A DNA stretch of 64,000 bases from Botryllus schlosseri (lineage: Eukaryota): positions 7,874,001-7,938,000 of the forward strand of contig CM119386.1 of the NCBI GenBank assembly GCA_051294905.1, in the 5' to 3' direction. The notes below the pieces were generated by a model, which searched no databases, was not told where the DNA came from, and saw only the letters and a list, made by a program, of their open reading frames with translations. Positions 38,688 to 50,975 of this stretch are shown piece by piece (positions within the stretch are counted from its first letter, which is position 1; each line of letters opens with the position of its first letter). The position numbers were made by a program, and so were the translations under genes.

Positions 38688-39158
38688 TAGGGTTGCATTT
38701 CAAACAAATGATGTTTTAAAACAATGCCCTTCAAATAAGAAAGTTTTTTCTTCATCAAAAGTCGTACAATTTTGCCATAATTTCCAAAAACATGTGGTAT
38801 GCGCCCATGGACGATTTGCGTCCAATATAGTCGACGGACGTATACGACAAGGCATGGTTGGAACCCTCGAAATCGTCGTCCGTTCAACAGCCATACCGCG
38901 TAGATATCGATATGGAATGGGTGTTCTGATGATGATGACCGCCGACCTTAAAAAATGCTGCATAACGATGTGCCTCTCCTATTTCGTCAAAGGAGCCGTA
39001 ATTAACCTACATCTTCAATTGTCAATGTAAAACATCATGACAACACAATTCAATATTCGTGACTTCATGGCTAAACAACAAAAAACATGTTTTAAACAAT
39101 GAACATGTTTTAAACATGCTTGTTTTAAATCGATTTTTGTTTTGAATGCAACCCTATA
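38688..39158 (+). mobile_element. tagggttgcattt TIR element, copy 2
   Basis: TIRs tagggttgcatt / aatgcaacccta; 8-bp direct repeat GTCTTCAC at 38680-38687 and 39159-39166. Confidence 0.88.
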
Positions 39159-40010
39159 GTCTTCACTTCAATGTTCATAGTCATACTGCGACATGCGAGC
39201 ATAACTTGTGTTCATACAAGGTGTTTCTGACCGATGATTATATTCTGGAAATGCGGACAATGAATTCTTACTCTCTCATGTCTGCATCACAGATGGTATT
39301 CACTAAAAAATCAATTTAGTATGACTTATGGCCAGTGCCATCCAGTGCGAGTAGAGTATAAGTAGTTACCTATACGTCTGCACAATAAATCCGCTTATGT
39401 GACTATACGTAACCTATAACAATTAAATATATTAGAAGTTATACAATGTTTACACCAACGTTGGGCATTGTTTCACCCTGACTTGAATCGCCGAGTTGAC
39501 TACATTGCTGTATGCATCTTTGTATCGGTTTCCAAAGCATTCTGTATACATAGCCTACGCGCTTTTCTCAAATCCTTTCGCAGATCCTGACACATAGAAA
39601 GTGGAGATATCATCTTTAACCGTAAATAATTGTACGAATCTTCCGCACTCTTCGCTCTTAGCACACTAAATTATTTGTAAAACTTTAGAAGATAACTCGA
39701 GCATTTGTACCATTTTCTATGTATATTGTATCGACGATTAGAAATACAATGATAGTGAGCCAATTCGAGAAAGTTTTGTGTTCTAAGTGTCCATGTCCAA
39801 TGTCCATACTGTCATTTGCGATATAAGTGCAACCATTTGCCAATATGAGTTATATTGTTATAATCATTTCGTGAATTAGCGAGAATTAAGACTCCAAAAT
39901 CCTTTCCCCCCTTAATAGGTCTGAGTATAGTGAATGTTAAAAATATTTCTAAACGTTTACATGTTTTTGAACGTTAGCTGTAACGGCGATAATTAATTTA
40001 GACTCTAAAT

Positions 40011-41016
40011 CAGGGGTCACCAACCCTTTTGCAACCAAGGGCTACTTTTGGGTACTGATTGAAGCGGTGTGCTACCATTTACTCCCGCCGTTTACCCGTA
40101 TCAGACACAATTTCCGCTTTGGTATTCATAGCATTGGGCAGGTATCGCATAGCGGTAAGACTTCTAAGATGTTCTTTTAAATCAAAACATCTCATTTCAA
40201 CCAACTAGCCACTAAGACTTTTTAAGAAATCACGAATTACTTCGCACCGTGTTTATATAAATTATATAACAGCTCAGATTTTGAAATAAATCTCGTCACA
40301 CGTTAGACTGGACAATTGAGCATTCAAAACTGTACTTTTCCGTGTCAACAAGGCACCAAAAGTTTGCTGCAGCCTTGCGGGCTTTGAGGTGGGGGTGATT
40401 TTGCAGTGGTACAATTTCAATCTCTAATTGTGCAGCATTTAGACATGACAGATTTCATTATACCTGACAGCAGCATCGATTACAGAAAGTTAGAAACATG
40501 GTACTATAAATTGCGTTGAGTGTAAGAGAGACAAGCTGTGTCAAAAGATGCAATACACATTGGACATACTGCATCTGCTAGTACGTCACCGCCATTTGCT
40601 ACCGGATAGTAATGTTGTTTACTACTTTGGCATTGTGCGGTACGACGAGCTACCATAACAGAACCCCCCACCCTTTCAAGATGACCGTGGATGGCATGCC
40701 GTCATATCGCCTGCATGTGCAGTACTCCGTTGGCCTGTTATATGTCTTCGATATCTTGTTATTCTACTACATGTTGGTATATTACTAATTGTAATTGGGT
40801 ATATTTGATATCATCATTTTAAGTGGTTTATATATATGTATTGTCATTTCTAAGTCACAAGTTATAGTGTGATTTAAACAACAATAGCTAAATCACTCAA
40901 TTTATATATTTCTGACGAATATTGGCAAATGCTGCTATTCGATCTATTTTTAGAACAGGATCGCCCCTCGCGGGCCACTCATCTGGTCCTCGCGGGCACC
41001 AGGTTGGTGACCCCTG
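40011..41016. mobile_element. 1-kb non-autonomous hAT/Charlie element
   Basis: Perfect TIRs caggggtcaccaacc / ggttggtgacccctg; perfect TSD CTCTAAAT at 40003-40010 and 41017-41024; cgcggg subterminal motifs. Confidence 0.93.
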
Positions 41017-43201
41017 CTCTAAATGGTGCTTCCTCATTGTGTGGTAGGATGAGACTGGCTTCGTATAGAATATAGTTTATGGAATATTATTCGAGAGTCA
41101 CACGCAGATACTCGCTTCATATTATCAAGTTCCTTCTATTTGAACTATAGTAAAACTAAAACAATGATTTAACGTGTATATTCAATCTACTAATACCCCG
41201 CGTATAAATCAAGTATAGTTAACTGACTTTGTCGTTGTTATTGGTGTGGCCTTGTAGCCCGACGGCCTTTTGCACCACGGGCAACGAGAATGCTCACTGC
41301 ATACAGTTTAAAACACGAAATGAGGTCATATACAATAACATATACAGTATACACGCAACGCTAACACCGTGCAATGTAGTTATCGTAGAAAGACGTATAT
41401 ATGCCACGTTTCATCTTTGATGTTTACCATCTATCAAGGTTGGACGGATCGGAAGTCGCTAATTCAAGACTAGACACGATGTTTAAAGCTCCGTGCTCTA
41501 AGTCAGCTTGACACCACGCGTTTAGTGCTAAGATATCTAACATAAATCCTTGAGAAAACAATTAGTCGACAGTCGCATTAAATAATATGACGACACGACT
41601 TTTTAAATTTAGAACTACACTGCAATCCAAGAGATAGATAAATACACACATATATGTCAAATGGGATAATTTATAGGGATTAGCGTGACGGTGCTTAAAC
41701 CATTTACGTACTGTATACTCTTTAATGCTACATCTCATATAAATGCCAGAAATGTAAACCTTTTCGATCGATGTGATCAGGGGTAAGTCGTGTACCGTTA
41801 AGAAATCCAGGCATACATTGATCGGCATTCAACAGTCTACGTATACGTAATCCAGCCCTTGGGCTGTGAATTACACACTATATAGTGCCGGAAGTATTTG
41901 TCGGTGGATGCGGACGTAGGGCGTGTAAAATTTAAATATTTGTAGTATACCAAAGACCAAGCCATAGCAAAATTGCATGTATTAAAATTCAAAAATCTGA
42001 CGTGTATCGGGTACAAAATAAAATAATGCCAAATATGAAATTCATCCATATGCAATGCAACCCTGGATACTTATATTCACTTGGACATCGTTGGGGAAAG
42101 AGGCATTATACTTTTCAGACTTGGTGTAACTATAATAATTATACGCTGTTGGAACCAATGTATCAGACATTGAGAATGTGATTGTGTCAAACATGCGATC
42201 GTGACATCTGGTTCCATGTTACCACGTCATTTAAAAAAATCCATCACCCGTTAATTATGATCCGACCCTCCTAAGTTTTCATCCTGGCTAGGCTAGGGAC
42301 GCCAATGTTCTGTAACACAGATGCATTGTAGCCTCTCGTCTTTTGTCAAATGCATGAATTCAATCAAATCAATTCAGTTTTCCTTTCGTTTTGTTTATAC
42401 TGGCAATAACCTTTTAAAAATTTTGGAAACGAATGCTGTTTAGATTACAGAGAGTCCCGAACGCACCGGCAATAAGCAATAGGTAGCTATAGCAATGCGG
42501 TCGTAATATTTACATTGCACTGGTGATAACTTTACTCTGATAACTACGAAACGGGGAGTGTATCGTGGTGTAAACGCAAGACCACCTATCTTATGAGGAT
42601 GGGGAATGTAAATATCGCAACAAAAACATGGAGCTCTGAATAACCTCCGTCAATCAAGTTGCAAAATTGAAATTCCACGCCAGCTATCTTTGCAAATCTC
42701 ACCTGTTAGAGATGTCAATCAATTCGACACGCCTGTCTACAAGTGGCATGTTTATTCCTACACATCACATACGTATATAAGGATATTACAACATAGCGTT
42801 AACTCATGTAAGAACTATTTTGTCATCGTTTTTTGGCTATCAGATTCATTGAATTATTCTCTTTTTGTCTATATGAAGGGCAAATGCAGTAGTGATGATC
42901 ATATCCGCACGTTTCACAACGTCACAAATCACGTATACTTTGTCAAAATTGATTTAATCGATTGTTGCAGATACTTTGAACGATTATGATTGATGATCAA
43001 GTTGCTCCGATGTCAAGAGTCAACTAGTTTGATATGTTTACAATCCTGATATTGATCCGGTGTCGGGTAATTAAATATGTGTACGACAACGATAATGCAT
43101 ATGCGCTTCACGAATTTGGCAGTGGTCTGATTGATCACAGATAAACAACGCGCTCGGGGTCCATCATGTTTGTTTGTGTCTGTGTGTGTGCAGTGCAGTT
43201 A

Positions 43202-43239
43202 TTGTAGGCCCCGGACTATCTTGTAGGCCCCGGACTATC
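43202..43239. repeat. Perfect 19-bp tandem duplication
   Basis: ttgtaggccccggactatc x2. Confidence 0.95.
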
Positions 43240-46200
43240 TGTATGTAACCACGAATTGAGTATATATTGTAATAACGAAACTGCGATGCAACATGTGAAA
43301 ATTTACGTATCAGCGTATCTGTCCTTCTGATGATAACGCGTAATTACAAAAGCAGCATAACGCAGCAACAATAGTGGTTGAGGGATTATACAGTTTCGAT
43401 CCAAATGCGCGCCTGACAATGCAATTCAACTTATATGGAGGGCTGCTTAATACTTATCTTTCATGGCGTACTGATGGGTTTTGTGACTGTTCAACAGTCG
43501 TAAGTGTGGTCAAATGAAGTCACGGGTTTCAAAGAAATTGATACAACCAATAAATGCATTTCCCGTGGATCGCGCTTGTTGGCTCAAGAAAATTAGCGGG
43601 TGTCTTCGTTAAAATGAAGGCTTTTTATTTTTCATATCATTCCCCTCCTCGAACCACAGTCTTTATGTTTTTTGTGATCTCATTGTTTTCATAACGTATA
43701 GTCGTATACCATCTAAATGAATTGTCATTTCTGCTCTGACCTAGAATAGTGCCATAAAATAATACCAATCTCCATGGACCTATATTTGAGATGTGCTATA
43801 AAAATCTGCATATTTCTATTATGAGTGAGTTAGAGTCCAATATGACACATCTGTAGACGAGATAGTGATGTCAAAGATGATATAAATATTTAGTAATTGT
43901 TAATTGACTATCATGTCTCGACATGTGTGTCTATTTGCTCAGCGCAGATATCGATATTCATGTGTCATTGTGACAAACTCCTTCATATGGAACTCTGGCA
44001 CTCTATAGGTTCGAATCTTGAAGAATTATTTGATCAATCAAGCGATCACTATACGTCATTTGCGAGGGTATTTTGCGCTCTCCAGATGAAGAGCCATTGT
44101 CTCGACAGAGAGTGTCATGTGACTAGTTGTGTTTTGCAGCTCCGCAAATATAGTCTTAGGGATTACGTCATAGCCCTGCCATGTCGGAATTCCGCTTCTT
44201 GATGTTTGCCCGGCGCGTGTATATGTTGTATAAATGTATAGTATATATATGCACATCAGCCAACATCATCACCTGCTGAGAATTAAATTTAAAAATGTTT
44301 TTGGTATTCCTTGGAATTATTTAAATATTAAATTCTGTTCTTTGCCCTACGGGATTGCTCTCGAGAAACAAAAACTTGAAAGTGTGGTATATATCACATG
44401 AATATGACTCCATACCATATGCGAATCGTTCTAATATTGTATTTCTAATGATCCTTAGCTAACATTCGAATAGCTCCCGATATTGTGCTACGAATCAGCA
44501 CTCAGCAGCTATATTCGTTTTAACATACTAACTTAAGTGACCATGTATTACTGCATCATTGACACACATCGTCGTCTCGTTTATACGATAGAGTGTAATG
44601 ACTTAAACACATAGAAGCTATATTCTATTTACCCTGGTACTATATTTGTCAGACTTTGAATATCATGTCGTCATCAGGATAATCTTAGGAGGGTACAGTC
44701 AGTGGTTATGGTGCCCAGAAATCCCCAATTGTAGCATAGCATGTAACCAACATGTGCTGAGCCCGGTATATGCCATACTTTCCTATTAAACGTAGGGTTA
44801 CTCTGGCATATGCGAACCGAAACTGTATTCCAGGCAATACAACTGCACATACAACTGTAGATTTCCCTTACGTCAGAATACCTAGTCAATTGCAGCTATA
44901 TACACTGAATTTTGGTCCGTATTTCACGTTATTTTACCAAGTTATATTTGAGATACAACAGCACATTTTCGGCGCTAGCATTTTCGGAACGATGGGGTTT
45001 GATATTATCAGAGCTGCTCTCAAATGGGCAAAGCCATCGTTTGCACGTTTTCGCGTCAAGTTCGTCTATCCATTTAATAACTTTTGACATGGAGAATATA
45101 GGCCTCAGTGCCGTATACGCGAGTGCTTTTTCAGCCATCCACCTTTTGCACATCCCAACTCACGATTATATAACAACGAGGTTTCAGCTGTGTCCATTGT
45201 CTTGTGAAGCAGTGATTTATGCGCCAGAACAATTTATAACTCGTGCTCAACTGCTCAATGCTCATGCCCAGCTAAATACCAATGTCATGGGCGTCAAAAG
45301 AGCATTCATGATGTGAACCATCCAGTCCATCCCTGACGTCGCGTATGACACGATATTCCTCTCACGACTACCAAAGATTACCACAACTCCCAAATCATTC
45401 AAATTTCAGCAACGTCGTTCTGACGATGGAATGAGAATAAGGTGGGTCGGCGCCTTACCGCCATATTATTGTGAAATTCCAATCAATCGGGGATTGGTTC
45501 CACAGTTCTGGTCCCTATTTGGTGAAATTTCGAAACATCGACTTCAGTTGCGCTCATCATATCTGACAGTTGATAAGATAGTTATGGGTTAGCTGGAGAT
45601 TGGAGGAGGGCTTTTTTCAGAATTCATAGGATTTCAACTAATTTCAACTTTAATTGTTGGCGTTGTCACTTGCGTGATTGCGTCACTGAAGTTTTCCTTG
45701 CGCACCGAGACACGACACCAACACCTCGACAGAGTGAAAGATAATCTGAGAGGGATCGTAATTTCAATAACCTATGGATGCATTGTGCGATTATGCAATC
45801 CATCGGTGCCTAGAATACTAACCGTGTGTTGAAGATTGTCCAATTGCGACCGCATAACATTCTTGAAAATGCTTGGTTATTCAAGTAATCCTCTCGCAAA
45901 ATCTCCTACAATTAGAATACGAATGCATGCGAACCGAGCGCACATATTTCCTCTCTAGACGACACCGGTCGGGATACGTTTACACCGATATTTGCGTGAA
46001 GCAAATCGAAATTCCACGACCACGGATAGCTTCCGAGTGAAGCATACGAGAAACGACCCGCCGTGAGAACTCTCGCAGTCGACCTGGTGAATAACGGTTG
46101 CGTATTACGTCGACGACCTCACCTTTGCGCGTCGTCGCTAATCTAGCTCAACAATCACGAACCCGTTTCTTCGTGAGAAAATCACTTTTTTATTTTCACG

Positions 46201-46873
46201 AACTTCGACACAAGTTCGCTACCGGACATTTGGCAATCTTCGGTGAAATAAATAAGTTGAAAACGGACGGAAGCGTACAGTATAAAATGATCACTTTGAA
46301 ATACCAAGAAAGAAGCAGCTTTGAACATAAATAAACGACAGAAAATATATAATTTAAACGAGGCAGAAAATCGCGAGCACAAACCAAGACAATAAATAGA
46401 GAATATATCATTGAACCTGGAAAAGAATGGAAGGTGTATTAACTACAGAAAGTAGAGAGCAATGTTTTGCAGGTGGTAGCGTCAAACCGTGCGTGTACCA
46501 TGACGAAATAAATAGTTCTTATTACGGCGCTACATACAGTCAAATGAGTCGGCAAAGGGTGTCCAATCCCATTTCGGTCTTCATTATTCATAGGTTAGCT
46601 AAATCAAGTTGAATCATCAATAAGTACAATCGATTGGCGGATTCGTGAGTCACAATGGAAAAGGGGATGGAAAGCATGGCGAAGTGAGTAGTTTGTATTA
46701 TTTCCCACACTATCTCAAACCCCCTCGAGAATGACTCCGTTAATAATAAGTTAATTGCGTTCCAGAGATGATGACATGCTCTGTCGTTGCGGTGGCCCGA
46801 CGATCGATGTACACAAAAGGATACATATTCGGATCGTGGAGTCATCACTTTTACAAACAAAATATTAGCTCGG

Positions 46874-49800
46874 CTACTGCACGGCAACCATGTTGACGCG
46901 GGTGTCTGGATATTCGAGACACAGTTCCACGTCGGAAGAGTCTTGGAAGATGTTACAAAACGGGTGCGAGACGCATTCCAGCTCCCCGAAAAGGTAGTGG
47001 AATTCTTCGTGAACCTGGCGAAGTCGCAATCGAAGTTCTTCGCTTTTTATGTTCAAAATCTCGCTTCCGGTGAAAACAGATGTTTCTTTTTTCTGAAAAA
47101 TGAGCGAAAGGTCACACATATGCCAACGGCGTCATGAATTATGATACATATCCTCCAAGGACCACGTGGAATGCGGACAGTCAATCGACCGTAACACCTT
47201 AATGGGGAAATTGAAGTACAGCCCAATGGTGATAGATAAAATCAACCTTCATTTTAATGGCTGTATTAGAAAATACACCTCAAAGATTGGAAAAAGAAAA
47301 TTTACAGGTATTGTACTACTTACAGTTGGCTACTTTCTGCTTATACGCGATGCAATCATTACAGAAACAACATACACACCTTGCCGACGTAGGACACGAT
47401 CATTGAAGACTTGTTGTGAATGTTCGACACGTTTACTTTGGAATGGTCGTCGCTGAAGTTGACTTGGAGCGTGCCGTTCGAGAGGTACATCACGACGTGA
47501 TTGTTCGTCCTGCTCCACGTCAGCATCCTCACGGTGGATTGAAACTGCGTCGTCGAATCAGACGCGTTGGATTGGGCCTCCAGGTTCTGGTCCATATAGT
47601 TTATGAACAGCCTCAAGATGTTGACAGTACGTAAACAACCGGACGGCGGGGAACTAATGGAAAATACTTTTGCGTCTTCCGGAGTTTTCCAATCGGCTTC
47701 TAGCAACTCGACGGTGCTGTAAATCGATAAGAAACCGGTTTAGATATTTGAAACATTGAACATCTGTTTTGGTGCTGTTGATATTTACCTCCCATCTCTG
47801 AGAAGCATGATGTGTGAGCCGTCATTGAAGAGAACGCCGATATCGCCAGTCGCGAGCTGATACCCGAACCCGTATTTGTTAGAGTAATCAACCCATTTTG
47901 CAATCCACGTATTACGGACCGTCATACATCCGTTCGGGTTAGCTGGCGTGATTGCAGGCGCTGAAGAGAGAGAGAACGTTAAATAAAAGTGTTACATTCT
48001 TGAGATAAAAACTCTTGGCATAGAAAAATATACAGTTCAAGCCACGCAAGTATAACTATTTGGCAACGAGTGATATGATCTAACGCTTACAAGAAAAGCA
48101 TTTTAAAACATCGTTAAAATGTATTATTACCTTGGACGGTCTCCGGAACCGTTTTCGTCTTCGGCGCGGTCGCTTTTATGCATCTTCTCGGCGAAGGGAT
48201 CTTCATTTTTTGCAGTTTGCTAGCGATCAGTTTCATCGGGCTCATTTTATGATGCTTCTTCGGAATTTCCGGGGCATTTTCCAATTTTCCAGATTGGTTA
48301 TTATTCTCCTCCACCCGAGTTTCTTCGGCGTGGTCGACAGTGTTCAAATGCGATTGATCGGCTTGCGTTTGAGCGACGGATGATTCAGTGTCCAGGGATG
48401 GCACGCGTTGCGCCGCGGCAGATTCGGCTTGTCGTTTGTCAACTGACGGATTGGACGCGGATGATTGTTGGCTTTCGTTGAACTTAGCAGAAGATGTGAC
48501 CAAGCACGGGTCGGACAGACAGTTGCCGTGTCGCAGCTGGCAGCTTTGCGTCGCGTAAGACCCGCTAGCCGACAACTGTCCTTGCATTTTCAGTTGCGGG
48601 AGAGCGGACCTTCTGCGTAGAGGAATCACAGGCGCTGATACGATCTCTCGGTGCGGGTGTTCTCTCTCTAGCTCTTCGACTCCGGGAAATCGAGAGGCCG
48701 TCTCGTTCTGAACGAAATAGCCGCCGATTAACGATCGCCCGTTTAAATTTAGGCGCAAAGTGGCGACAGAGTATATTTTCATTGCGCGTCACTCGCGAAT
48801 ATCGGTAACCGCAATTAGCGCGATGATTTCGAGGAATCGTTGCAGTAAACGCCAATTTCTTGATGCTATCGGCGGTCGCTTTAAAATTATCCCGGGCAAA
48901 TGCCGCACGAAGTAGCAAAATAAGATTATTTACCTTATCGAAGAAGGAGTGGTTTAAGACTTCGTTTAACGTCGGCCTTGCTTGCGGTTTGGATTGTAGC
49001 AATTGACGAATTAGATCAGATGCCTCGGCCGATACGAAAGACGGAATTTGGTAGCTGTTCTTCAAGATACATTTGTAGGTGTCCTAAAATAGAAACGACG
49101 GTTTTATGAGCACAAACTCGATTTTAACAATGCCGGCAATCGCAAATAGATTGGATGCTTACTTTCATGCTACTGCTGTCAAAAGGCGGTTTTCCGACTA
49201 GGAGAGTGAACAGTATGCAGCCAACGGCCCATAAATCAGCTTCCGGCCCGTGTCCATGTCGGTTCAATACTTCCGGAGCTATGAAGTTCGGCGTTCCGCA
49301 TATTGTCCTAGCGAGATAAAAGTCAGTTAGCGATCACCGAGACCAAATCTACAAGACGAGAGATTCCTTACCTTCGCTTACCCCACGATGTCCTCGTGGC
49401 TAATCCGAAGTCGGCGATTTTGATTCGATCGTCGTCCGATAGCAGAATATTGCCTAATTTGAGGTCTCTGTGGATGAGCCCGCACCCGTGGATGTGCGTC
49501 AATCCGCTGACGATCTGCCAGATGATGTCGCTGACCTCTGCCTCGCGCAGAAATTCTTTTCGGCGAAGATACTGTGCCAAACTCTGTAACGGTAGCGATT
49601 TCATTTTAGACTCCGTAACAATCACAGGGGGCTAATCCTCACTCACCCTTTTCGAGCACAATTCCAAAACCAAGCAGATAATTTTAGAATTCTCAAACGT
49701 CCCCTCGAACTTGGCGACGTTCGGGTGGTCCGATTCGGAAGCTGCGGCGTGAAGATCTATTTCGGCATCGACCTTTTCTCGTTGAGACGGCATCGAGACC

Positions 49801-50713
49801 TTTGTTTTGTCGATGATTTTCAATGCGTATTTTTTTCCGGTGCTGACTTCGACGCCTTCATATACTTTGGCAAACCCGCCCTGAATAGGATACGAAACGT
49901 TTACGACGTGAAATCGTCAGGTGGAATAGGCAATAAAAAAGCGTCCGGGCAACGTCTCCAAATAAAAACCACACGTTACGTCGTTATTTACTTGGTGCGT
50001 GGTTACGTACACGCCCGTAACGTAGGCGGGACAGGAATGCCAAAAGGCAATATTTGCACAGCGCTGTGCTAACCCACAAGATCAATCAGGACAAATATCG
50101 CGCGTTCGAAATTACCGGGGCCTGTCGAATGGGTTTTTGCCGCAGGTAATGTTGCTAGCAACAACAGTTAAAGATTATAATCTCATCACGAACCATAAGC
50201 TTTCAAACATACATGCATCAGATCATCCTACGAGACTGCCATGATTTATGAGCAATGAAATGATCACATGTCGGCATCAGCTATAAAATCGAGGCTTACC
50301 TTTCCCAAAAGCTTCCCCCTTTTGTAGATTCTCTCCGTCAGTGGGTCTCGCAACACTGCGCTGTCTGGACCCGGCGTGGCCGCTGAATGTGCAGACATTG
50401 AACGTTGAGTTTTGCGGGTAGGTTTCCAGCTTCCGGATGGTTTAGGCTTCTGTTGTTCGCATTTTGGGGACGGGGAGCAACTCGTAAGTCCCATTGATTT
50501 GCGTGCAGTTATATTCTCTTTCGCATAAAGGTTATCCGCGCTCGCCCGCGAGCAGCATTTAGCTGTGGTGGTATTATTGTAGCTAGAGTTCGATAATCCT
50601 TTTTGAGAGACGTTGGATATATTCCTGCAGCATCGCTCGCTAAAGTTCGGAGGTATGACGGATCCTACTTTTCGTCTTCTAGATCCATTGCTTACGTGAT
50701 CGGTGGAATCCAT
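46874..50713 (-). CDS. PLK2/3: Polo-like kinase, PLK2/PLK3 type (~819 aa): kinase domain, long linker, two polo boxes
   Basis: Exons 50713-50300, 49880-49647, 49583-49372, 49307-49163, 49083-48934, 48707-48131, 47960-47789, 47716-47380, 47092-46874 total 2460 nt, all GT-AG and in frame. Motifs: [38 protein letters not shown], polo box 1 [14 protein letters not shown] (PLK2/3 signature; PLK1 has SDKYGLG), polo box 2 [14 protein letters not shown]. Confidence 0.95.
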
Positions 50714-50839
50714 TTCGAATGCAGCTGTTGTACGGTGCGCTAATGTTCACAAAACACTGGCTATCATACCAGCCAAACTGATCAAATGTATCTCAATGTA
50801 TGTACTCCTGAACCTGGTTTCGGCTTGGCGTTTGTCGCT

Positions 50840-50975
50840 TTACTAATCGGCGAGACGCTGTCTTGTCACTTATATACAACAGGGAAAAAATGACGCCGAG
50901 AGACGTACGTTGCGCACACGATGCGCAATCGATACCAAAGCGCTCTCGTTTTCGGCGCGTCATGGCGACGCATTC
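50840..50975 (-). promoter_or_regulatory. Core promoter of the PLK gene
   Basis: TATATAAG at 50876-50869 with an Inr-like TTAGT ~30 nt downstream (~50844). CpG-rich upstream stretch with E2F-like tttcggcgcg, C/EBP-like gatgcgcaat and gttgcgcac, and tgacgc half sites. Confidence 0.55.

Noticed and set aside
38506-39030. 174-aa plus-strand ORF
   Set aside because: It reads from flanking DNA through a TIR element whose other copies are not open in this frame.
46105-46140. AYYVDDLT, resembling a reverse-transcriptase YxDD motif
   Set aside because: The frame is only ~15 codons between stops and no other RT motifs are nearby.
47150-47208. Extra PLK exon between exons 8 and 9
   Set aside because: It ends in phase 2 while the next acceptor needs phase 0; direct splicing already gives a normal polo-box-2 ending.
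46787-50072. Plus-strand ORFs overlapping the PLK gene (46787, 47416, 48132, 49396, 49725)
   Set aside because: They are antisense shadows of GC-richer coding exons with no independent motifs.
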